From: Spirochaetota bacterium
GTDB lineage: Bacteria; Spirochaetota; UBA4802; JAGODF01
Direction: 5' to 3'
NCBI GenBank assembly: GCA_029974015.1
Contig: JARKUF010000009.1
Coordinates: 1,167 to 65,166, forward strand
Length of the DNA: 64,000 bases
A program made the translations under genes and the position numbers. Below are positions 46,945 to 54,639 of this stretch, in pieces (the stretch's first letter is position 1; the number at the start of each line of letters is the position of its first letter). The notes under the pieces were generated by a model. The model made no database searches and was not told the origin of the DNA. It saw nothing but the letters and a program-made list of their open reading frames with translations.

Positions 46945-46976
46945 AAAAAGGGCGCCCCGAGAGACGCCCTTTTTAT
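46945..46976. terminator. bidirectional intrinsic terminator (downstream of the minus-strand OMP gene)
   Basis: AAAAA-gggcg-ccccgagaga-cgccc-TTTTT: GC stem flanked by A5/T5. Confidence 0.5.
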
Positions 46977-47001
46977 GTTATGAGAATATTGTGCAATCGT
47001 C

Positions 47002-47538
47002 TTAAAATTTATACTGGAGGCCAAGAAGAATCGCAAAGATGTTTTCATCCCTATCCGCTATATCAATAAAGCGATATCTGGCTTCAAGTATCAGTTCAAA
47101 GGGCGTTCCGGAAATACCGAATTGGGCCCCCGCAAAAAGATCGACACCGGCGTCAGAATCCTTATCTCTGCTGTATTTATTATTATAATCTTTATAATTC
47201 AGCGAAGGACCGAACCCAAGGAAGGGCGATATGGAGGAATTACCCATGAAGTACCAGTACCAATCAAAATGAATTCCCCAAATATCATAGAGGGAAGCAT
47301 TGCTTGTTTCAATGGATACCCAATCAAGCCCCGGTTTAAATTTTAAACTGTTGAAAATAAAAGTGCCCATGTCGAAGAAAACGCCAAAAGTCCAGGTGTT
47401 TTCCGCGTCAATATCCTCCAGGTCGTTCTGCATCATCGCATAGCCGCCCTTAATAATGATGGCCCTGGCGGACAGTTCTCCGGCCGCGAAAGAGAGCATC
47501 AAACCCGCCGCAATCAGAAACACCAACAGTTTTTTCAT
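47002..47538 (-). CDS. outer-membrane beta-barrel protein (OmpA-like TM domain / porin family), 178 aa
   Basis: Signal peptide MKKLLVFLIAAGLMLSFAAGELSA. Alternating amphipathic beta-strands. C-terminal aromatic ...GLQYKF. Low-GC codon usage relative to its neighbours. Confidence 0.65.
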   Translation of the reverse strand: MKKLLVFLIAAGLMLSFAAGELSARAIIIKGGYAMMQNDLEDIDAENTWTFGVFFDMGTFIFNSLKFKPGLDWVSIETSNASLYDIWGIHFDWYWYFMGNSSISPFLGFGPSLNYKDYNNKYSRDKDSDAGVDLFAGAQFGISGTPFELILEARYRFIDIADRDENIFAILLGLQYKF

Positions 47539-47624
47539 TACAATTCCTCCTCGTTATCTGAATATCTTTCCATAAATGAAACCAGCCGTATGTATTTGTC
47601 AACCACAAGACCAATTTATAATTT

Positions 47625-47706
47625 AAGGCAACCTCAAATTATTAGGTTTTTCCGCCTTCCGAAGGGGGACAGAAATATCTAAGTCCTGAGTCTGCCAGCA
47701 GTTACA
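47625..47706 (+). repeat. MITE-like repeat, diverged partial copy 8
   Basis: aaggcaacctcaaattattagg-TTTTTCCGCCTTCCGAAGGGGGACAGAAA-tatctaagtcctgagtctgccagcagttacag. Confidence 0.65.
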
Positions 47707-47814
47707 GATCATCCGAATTATAAAGAGCCAAACTTTAAAAGAACCCTTAACTCAAAAAAATTTTAAACTTCAGTCCGATTTTACGTATTAATTACGTGAC
47801 AGAATGCATAATTG

Positions 47815-47849
47815 CAAGGGGAAACCCAAGTCCTGTGTTTGTCAGTAGT
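47815..47849 (+). repeat. MITE-like repeat fragment (core only), directly abutting copy 9
   Basis: aagggGAAACCCAAGTCCTGTGTTTGTCAGTAGT is the 3' half of the GC hairpin plus the core. It is truncated where the next copy begins. Confidence 0.6.
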
Positions 47850-47968
47850 GGCAACCTCTAATAATTAGATTTACCCTCCCGCCTTCGGCGGGCGGGTAAA
47901 TCTAAGTCCTGAGTATGCCAGTATTAACAAATCATGCGAATCTCAAAAATTAATTTTTAGAGGTCCCC
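47850..47968 (+). repeat. MITE-like repeat, copy 9 (full; TTCG-loop variant)
   Basis: ggcaacctctaataattaga-TTTACCCTCCCGCCTTCGGCGGGCGGGTAAATC-taagtcctgagtatgccagtattaacaaatcatgcgaatc-TCAAAAATTAATTTTTAGAGGTCCCC. Confidence 0.9.
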
Positions 47969-47981
47969 TAAGGAATTAAAA

Positions 47982-48440
47982 ATGACAATTAAAACAACTT
48001 TGTATATTACTAACGAAAGACTCAAAAAACTTGACCGCGCTGCCGTTAATTCGGGAATGAAACGCAGTCTTATTATTTCAGCGCTGCTGCGACACCTCGC
48101 CGGAAAAGATCGACCTGAGCATGCGGCATTTTCACCCGTGTGCTACCAGGGTCGGCTGGAAGAACACAGGTGGACCAGAGCACATGTCTCCCTTAGATGC
48201 GACGAGTATGAGTTTTCTCTAGATTTGAGGAAGGTGTTGAAAATGAGCGTTTCTTTTATTGTGGCCTTTGCGATTGACCATTACCTTGAAGAATTGCTCT
48301 CTCTGATGAAAGGTGATATAGATAACTATCGATATCGCGACTATGTTATTATGAACACTTTCGTAGATAATGTCATGTGTTGGATAATCTACTGGGGGCT
48401 ACCCCAAAAATTACCCATGCCGCCACCCCCGTGCAACTGA
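47982..48440 (+). CDS. hypothetical protein with a predicted N-terminal ribbon-helix-helix (RHH/CopG-like) DNA-binding domain (152 aa)
   Basis: N-terminus TTLYITNERLKKLDRAAVNSGMKRSLIISALLRHL fits the beta-alpha-alpha RHH pattern. The ~100-aa C-terminal domain is unknown. AT-rich codon usage. SD aagga lies 9 nt upstream, immediately after the MITE copy. Confidence 0.5.
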   Translation: MTIKTTLYITNERLKKLDRAAVNSGMKRSLIISALLRHLAGKDRPEHAAFSPVCYQGRLEEHRWTRAHVSLRCDEYEFSLDLRKVLKMSVSFIVAFAIDHYLEELLSLMKGDIDNYRYRDYVIMNTFVDNVMCWIIYWGLPQKLPMPPPPCN

Positions 48441-48509
48441 ACGCGCATCATAAATTAAGTCCCTCATTATAATCCGGTAAAAACTTCGGAAATACCTCTA
48501 ACCTGCCAA

Positions 48510-51374
48510 TTATTTTGCTCCCTTCTTCTCCTTCCCGGAGGTTTCCCCGTAAAACCCATATTCTTCGAAAAGGTTCATCGCCCGATCTAATGTTTCCCGC
48601 GATGTTGCACTGCCGATTATCCCAGTGAGATAGGATTTCGCGGCATCCCTGTCCCCCCTGGCATAGGCATCAACAGAAAGCAAAAGCTTCGATTTCTGCG
48701 CAAAAATATTCTCTCCTCCGGCGTCTTTCGAGAGCCTTGTGAAATAGAACATGGCCTTTTCCCTGTTTTCCTGCTTATAAAGGCTGATAATCCCAAGATG
48801 GAAAAGCGCCTCCTGGCGATACTCATTGTTGAACGATGAAAGCTTATAAAAGCTGTAATAAGCATTGCCATACGAGCCGGAATCTAATTCCAATTTGCCG
48901 GTATAGTATCCCACCAGGTTGCCATTGCCCGGATACTTTTTCAGCAGTTCCGAATATTTTTTAAACCCCTCCCGGTCTCCCTTCTTATAGTAATGGACCA
49001 TGCTTTCCTGGAACGCCATTTCTCCGAAGGGACTTTTTTTAAGGCTTTCCATGTTCTTTTCCGTTGCCTTGACCCCCAGATCGGGGTTTCCGCCCTTGAA
49101 ATATGCCACGGATAGAAGGGCGTTTTTGCGGTCCCCATGCACAGCATCCGTCACTGAATCGAGCTCCGACCGGGCGCCGTTATAATCTCCTTCTCGAATT
49201 TTGATATCGGCAAGCTCAAGCCGCGCATCGGGGACTTTTTCGGCATCGGGGAACCGCTGGGCCAATTCGGAGAAAAGCTCCTTCGCCTGTTGGAGGTCAT
49301 TGTTCTCTTTGAAGAACATTCCCAGTCTGAACATCGCATCGGCATACATCACCGGGTTTCGCATAAGCCTCCCGAAAGCCCTCCGGGCGCCTTCCACGTC
49401 CTTCGCCAGGAGCGATATATCGACCATCATCGACAGGTCTTCATCGGAAAAAAACATGAGGTCGAAATTTTTAAGAATCCGGTATGATTCCCCGTGTTTT
49501 CCAAGCTTGCTCAGGCTTTTCCCCTCCCAGAAGCGCACGAGCTTCTCCGTGAATTCGTCGCCTGGAGGCATCCTCTCATCCTCCACCATGCGGACCGCTT
49601 CGCGGAAACGGCCCAATCTGTACAGCGAAATCACGCGGTAAAGATACACCGACGGCGCGTTCTCCCTCCCCGGCACAGCGAGGAACTGCCGGTAATATCG
49701 TTCAGAGGAGGAATAATCTTTTTTCTGGAAGGCTTCATCGCCCCTCGTAAGAAGCACCGCACCAGCGGCGGCGGAGCGCGGTTTTTGCTCAACGATAAAA
49801 TCGAAGAGCTTGTCATATTTCAGGTTTTTCTCTCGGTAAGCCAGGGCGGATTTGTAAACCGTATCCTCGATGCCGTTTCTCCCGCGATATCGCCGCATGA
49901 TGGAGCCCATCGTCTTCATGGCGTTATTGTACTCGCCCATTTCGAGGTATATTTCATGCAGCTTCTCGTTCGCCTCGAAATGCAGTTCTGGATTTTTAGT
50001 TTCCAGATACCGGTTCAGGTGCTCGACGGCCTTTACCGGCTTGCCTTCCCTGTACCTCGCCATTCCAAGGTAAAAGTGCGTATCGTTAAGGAATTTGGAG
50101 AACGGGTTTATCTCGCGTATCTTTTTAAATTTCTGGTCGGCCCTGTCGATGTCTCCACGGCTCAGGTATACCCGCGAAAGGAGAAACTGCACCTCCTCCA
50201 TGGAGCTATCGTATGGATACTTGTTTGCAAGCAGGTCAAGGAGCCTTTCCGCATCGTCGTTTCGGTCGGCCTCGATGTAAACCCGGCTAAGGAGCAAGAG
50301 GGCGTTTTTCTGTTCTTCAGGGTCGGTGAGAGACACAGAGTCCTCGAGAAAGGGAATTGCGTCTTTCGGGTTTTTTTTCAGATAAATCTTCGCCAGGGAC
50401 ATGGCGGCCTTGCTTCGCAATTCCATCTTCGTGGTCCCCAATCTCGCCTCCTCCAGGAGGCGCACACCCCTTTGCTCACGGTTTTCGTTTATAAGGACCC
50501 GCCCGAGGTCGTACTTCGCGTCGAAATACCAGTCGGAATCCATGCCGATGATGAGGAAGAGTTCCAGATTGGACTTGGCGATGTACTGCTGTCCCAGCTC
50601 TAAGTACGAAAGGGCCTTGAAATACTGCGCGTCGTAGTACGGTTTTTCCTTGAGCATACGCTCCGGAATGGCCCCGAACTGCCGAAGCGCCCCTCGATGG
50701 TTTTTTTTAAGCTGGTAAATTCTGCCCATAGTGAGAGATGACCTCGCCGCGATTTTGGCGTCGGGCCGCAATGACTGGAGCTGTTCCAGCACCGCCGCGG
50801 ACTCGTCATATCTCTCGTCATAGAAAAGGGCTTCGCCTATCTTGAGGTTGAGTTTCTGCTTCTTCGGTTCGTCCTCCATCTTATCCAGGGTCTTTTTCCA
50901 AACAAGGACCGCCTCATCGTATCTGTTCTGGATATGGTAAATCTCGCCAATTCTCAGCATGGCATCCACTGTGAGCTTCGCGTCGGGACTCTGGGCTATG
51001 AACCGATTATATTCCTCGATGGACTTGATGTATTTTTTCCGGTGATACTCGGACTCGGCTATCCAGAAGCGGGACTGGGAGCACAGGTTCGACGTGGTGC
51101 ACTCAAGAAGGAACCGGTTGAATTCGAAGATGGCCGATTCGTATTTCTTCTGCCGGAAAATGGAAAGACCCAGATGGTACCAGGCCCGGTCCCGGTAATC
51201 GTCGTCTGCATCTACAATCTTACGGAAGATGAGGTCCGCACTGCCGTAGTTCCCCGCTTTGAAAGCCTCCATGCCCTGCTGATACAGGTCCGCGGAGTTT
51301 TCCCGGGCACCCACATATCCCGCCGCCAGCATCGCCGCGAAGACGATCACGTATGTCAGCTTTGAAAATCTCAT
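48510..51374 (-). CDS. large secreted TPR-repeat protein (954 aa)
   Basis: Signal peptide MRFSKLTYVIVFAAMLAAGYVGA, then >15 TPR-like repeats. Confidence 0.8.
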   Translation of the reverse strand: MRFSKLTYVIVFAAMLAAGYVGARENSADLYQQGMEAFKAGNYGSADLIFRKIVDADDDYRDRAWYHLGLSIFRQKKYESAIFEFNRFLLECTTSNLCSQSRFWIAESEYHRKKYIKSIEEYNRFIAQSPDAKLTVDAMLRIGEIYHIQNRYDEAVLVWKKTLDKMEDEPKKQKLNLKIGEALFYDERYDESAAVLEQLQSLRPDAKIAARSSLTMGRIYQLKKNHRGALRQFGAIPERMLKEKPYYDAQYFKALSYLELGQQYIAKSNLELFLIIGMDSDWYFDAKYDLGRVLINENREQRGVRLLEEARLGTTKMELRSKAAMSLAKIYLKKNPKDAIPFLEDSVSLTDPEEQKNALLLLSRVYIEADRNDDAERLLDLLANKYPYDSSMEEVQFLLSRVYLSRGDIDRADQKFKKIREINPFSKFLNDTHFYLGMARYREGKPVKAVEHLNRYLETKNPELHFEANEKLHEIYLEMGEYNNAMKTMGSIMRRYRGRNGIEDTVYKSALAYREKNLKYDKLFDFIVEQKPRSAAAGAVLLTRGDEAFQKKDYSSSERYYRQFLAVPGRENAPSVYLYRVISLYRLGRFREAVRMVEDERMPPGDEFTEKLVRFWEGKSLSKLGKHGESYRILKNFDLMFFSDEDLSMMVDISLLAKDVEGARRAFGRLMRNPVMYADAMFRLGMFFKENNDLQQAKELFSELAQRFPDAEKVPDARLELADIKIREGDYNGARSELDSVTDAVHGDRKNALLSVAYFKGGNPDLGVKATEKNMESLKKSPFGEMAFQESMVHYYKKGDREGFKKYSELLKKYPGNGNLVGYYTGKLELDSGSYGNAYYSFYKLSSFNNEYRQEALFHLGIISLYKQENREKAMFYFTRLSKDAGGENIFAQKSKLLLSVDAYARGDRDAAKSYLTGIIGSATSRETLDRAMNLFEEYGFYGETSGKEKKGAK

Positions 51375-52621
51375 ATTCTTTTAAGATACCGCCTCAGCAT
51401 ATCGAGGGCGAACACCGCGGAAAAGGCCCGCACCCTTCCCCTGTCTCCGGGAAGATACTGCCGCTCCCCTCTGGAGCCTGCACCATCGGCAATGCCGAAG
51501 CAGACGGTGCCGACGGGTTTGTCCGGGCTCCCCCCGCCAGGCCCTGCGATGCCGGTCGTGGAGATGCCTATATCGGCGCCAAAAACCTTCCTCGCCCCTT
51601 CCGCCATCTCACGGGCAGTCTCGACGCTAACTGCGCCATATATTTCGAGGGTTTTCCTCGATACCCCGAGAACCGATTCCTTCGCTTCATTAGAATAGGC
51701 GACGGCCCCCCCACGGAATACCCTTGATGAACCCGGCACATCGGTAATCCTGGCGCCGATCATACCCCCCGTGCACGATTCAGCCAGGGACAGGGTTAGG
51801 CCACGCCCGGCAAGAAGGGCGACCACCTCCTCTTCAAGTGATTCTCCATCAAGAAGGCTTTCTCCGAAGAGCCTGCGCATAGAGGAACGCAACGCACTCT
51901 CATCGAAATTAGCTCCCCCAGTGGACGTGACGGTGATCTCATTTATTCCCGGAGCGGTACAAATTCCCCACTCCAGACCGGATTTACCGAGCTCCAGGGA
52001 CTTCACCCTTTCGTCCGCCTCGGCCTCCCGGAGAAGGAGCGTTCGGAAGGTCAGAAACATTTTTTCCTTCACCCCGAGGCCTTCGCGCAACCAGGGAAGG
52101 ACATGGGCCTCCCACATCCTTTTCAATTCCCGTGGAGGCCCCGGGAGGGCAATAACGCGGGAGCTTCTAAAGGGCATGGCAAATCCGCATGCCATACCGA
52201 CTTCATTGGGGAAAACCCGCGAGCCGATCGGGACCGTGACCATCTTCATGTCTCCGGGCCGGGGTTCCATGCCCCGCTTTGAAAAAAAATCATTCATCCG
52301 GTCGAGGGAAGGCCCGTGAATTTCCGTGCCAACTCCCGCCAGGTCGCAAAGAATTCCGCAGGTAAGATCGTCCTCCGTGGGGCCTAACCCGCCGGTGATG
52401 AAAAGAACTTCGTACCGTGCCGCAGTCTCATCCAGGGCGGACCGGATATCCGCGACCCGGTCGCCGACAAACCGCATCTCCCCTAACTCCATATCCAGGC
52501 GGAACAGCCCCGCAGCAATGAGGGCACCGTTCTCGTCCCTCACCCTGCCGCGTAAAAGCTCGCTCCCCGTGGCTATCACGCAGGCATGCACGCCGCTACA
52601 TCCTCTCGGGCGCCGACACAC
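51371..52621 (-). CDS. cinA: competence/damage-inducible protein CinA (MoCF-binding N-domain + CinA C-domain)
   Basis: N-terminus VIATGSELLRG (MoCF_biosynth fold) and C-terminal CinA motifs (AESCTGGMIGARITDVPGSS). GTG start; overlaps the argS 3' end. Confidence 0.8.
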   Translation of the reverse strand: MCRRPRGCSGVHACVIATGSELLRGRVRDENGALIAAGLFRLDMELGEMRFVGDRVADIRSALDETAARYEVLFITGGLGPTEDDLTCGILCDLAGVGTEIHGPSLDRMNDFFSKRGMEPRPGDMKMVTVPIGSRVFPNEVGMACGFAMPFRSSRVIALPGPPRELKRMWEAHVLPWLREGLGVKEKMFLTFRTLLLREAEADERVKSLELGKSGLEWGICTAPGINEITVTSTGGANFDESALRSSMRRLFGESLLDGESLEEEVVALLAGRGLTLSLAESCTGGMIGARITDVPGSSRVFRGGAVAYSNEAKESVLGVSRKTLEIYGAVSVETAREMAEGARKVFGADIGISTTGIAGPGGGSPDKPVGTVCFGIADGAGSRGERQYLPGDRGRVRAFSAVFALDMLRRYLKRI

Positions 52622-54260
52622 CCATGAGCGCCAGGCCGTTTTTCAGGACGATGCGCACGGCGTCGCAGAGCGTTAGATAGGCCGCCGTATTCTCTGCGTC
52701 ATCGGAGAGCACCCTGTGTTCGGTGTAGAACCTGTGATATGCCTGGGCAAGACGCATGAGATAGGTGGCGATTCTGTGGGGCTCGCAAGTCATTGCGGCA
52801 TCGCTTATCTCTTCGGGAAATTTCGCCAGAAGTTTCAAAAGCGCTGACGATTCAGGATTATCGAAGCGGTCCCGGCGGACGTCTTCGGAAGCGCAGGCAA
52901 TGCCACGTACTTCGGCCTCGCGAAATATTGAACAAATCCTCGCGTGGGCGTACTGAAGATAGAATACCGGGTTCTCGGAGCTGGCGCGCTTCGCCAGGAC
53001 CAGGTCAAAATCGAGATGGCTTTCCATGGAGCGCATCACGAAGAAATAGCGCGACACGTCCACTCCTATCTCGTCGATGAGCTCGCGCATGGTTGAGAAT
53101 TTCCCCAAACGCTTTGACATCTTGACAATCTCCCCTTCCCTCACCAGGTTCACCTGCTGGGCGATGAGGACGCGGAAATCGCCTTTGTATCCCGTGGATT
53201 TGACGGCCCCGGAAAGCCTGGCGATATAGCCGTGGTGGTCCGGCCCCCAGATGTCGATGATGGTATCGTACCCCCGGTCAATCTTGTTTTTGTGATAGGC
53301 GATATCGGCCAGAAAATAGGTGGGACGCCCGTCATCCCGGACCAGGACGCGGTCCTTATCGTCCCCGTGGTCCGTGGACCTGAAAACTTTTTTTCCTTCC
53401 TCGTTAAAGACGGCCCCCCGCTGTTCAAGGAACGCCAGGGCATTCCGCACCTCCCCTTTTTCGTGGATGGTGCGCTCGCTGAACCATCGGTCGAAATGCA
53501 CGTTGAAAAGCTCCAGGTCCTCCCTCTGGCCGGCGACATTATGTTCCACGGCCTTGCGGGACAGAAATTCAACCATCTCCTCTTCGCCGGAGAACGATTC
53601 CAGCTCTTTCGAATATTTATCTGCGATTGTTTTCGTGATGTCTTTGACGTACTCGCCGCGATAACCTTCTTCCGGGAATTCCACGGCCTCCCCGCGGAGC
53701 TCCTTCAGCCGACAGAGGACTGACAGGCCCAGGAGGCGGACCTGGTTGCCGTAATCGTTCACGTAAAACTCTCGCTCCACCCTGTCGCCATTGGCCTCCA
53801 TCAGGTTGGCAAGGGTGTCCCCCACGGCGGCGGCCCTGGCCGAAACGATGTTCATGGGGCCGGTGGGATTGGCCGAAACAAACTCGATGTTCACATAACG
53901 GGGGTTTTCCCGGCTGTTTTTCCCGTATCCGTCCCGCTCCCGCACTATCTTTTTCAGATTTGAGATGAGATGGTCCAGGGAAATAAAGATATTAATAAAG
54001 CCCGGCTTCACCACGTCGACCTTCTCAATAGAAGGCGATTGTTCGATATACTTTTTCAGAATTTCACCGATTTCCAGGGGGGACTTCCGTAGAACCCTGG
54101 CGCTTTCCAGGGCAAAGGGAGTGGAATAATCGCCAAACCTGTCGTCTTTGGGATATTCCACCTTCACAGCTTGAACTGAGCCGAGGGCCAAAAGGCCGTC
54201 CCTTGCGGCGCTTTCAATGGCGCCTTTAATGATGAGAGATAATTCTTCTTTGAAGATCAC
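52596..54260 (-). CDS. argS: arginyl-tRNA synthetase
   Basis: Class I HIGH-like (SANPTGPMNIVSARAA) and KMSK (KMSKRLG) motifs; anticodon-binding C-terminus. Confidence 0.9.
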   Translation of the reverse strand: MIFKEELSLIIKGAIESAARDGLLALGSVQAVKVEYPKDDRFGDYSTPFALESARVLRKSPLEIGEILKKYIEQSPSIEKVDVVKPGFINIFISLDHLISNLKKIVRERDGYGKNSRENPRYVNIEFVSANPTGPMNIVSARAAAVGDTLANLMEANGDRVEREFYVNDYGNQVRLLGLSVLCRLKELRGEAVEFPEEGYRGEYVKDITKTIADKYSKELESFSGEEEMVEFLSRKAVEHNVAGQREDLELFNVHFDRWFSERTIHEKGEVRNALAFLEQRGAVFNEEGKKVFRSTDHGDDKDRVLVRDDGRPTYFLADIAYHKNKIDRGYDTIIDIWGPDHHGYIARLSGAVKSTGYKGDFRVLIAQQVNLVREGEIVKMSKRLGKFSTMRELIDEIGVDVSRYFFVMRSMESHLDFDLVLAKRASSENPVFYLQYAHARICSIFREAEVRGIACASEDVRRDRFDNPESSALLKLLAKFPEEISDAAMTCEPHRIATYLMRLAQAYHRFYTEHRVLSDDAENTAAYLTLCDAVRIVLKNGLALMGVSAPERM

Positions 54261-54639
54261 AGCATCACATCCTGAGGTTTATTTCTTATGGCATCTTCTC
54301 GGGTATCTCTTAAAACCTGATTACTTAAGAAGTGGCCGACAGGGCGCTACATGTCAACAAAATCTTATAAAGCACGAACGTCTGTAAAAACCCTGTATCC
54401 AATCCGAAGGGGAAATTGCGGCGCCATACGGCACATCCATCTTCCCGGGTGAGGGAAGAGAGTTTTTACAGGAATGGTCAATAAAATTCTTGAAAAAAAT
54501 AGCTCTTTAACATACATTCCCGATATTGGGTACACAAAACATTTTCGCCAAATATGTCAATCTTTCTGTTCGGATTTTTTCTGCAATACATAAGTGTTTA
54601 CCAGTTTTATCACAGAAGTAATACTACAAGGAGTCATCC

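Noticed and set aside
1121-47968. CRISPR array or other regularly spaced repeat array
   Set aside because: The repeats are ~120 bp, dispersed across 47 kb, in both orientations and with no unique-spacer periodicity. No cas genes are present.
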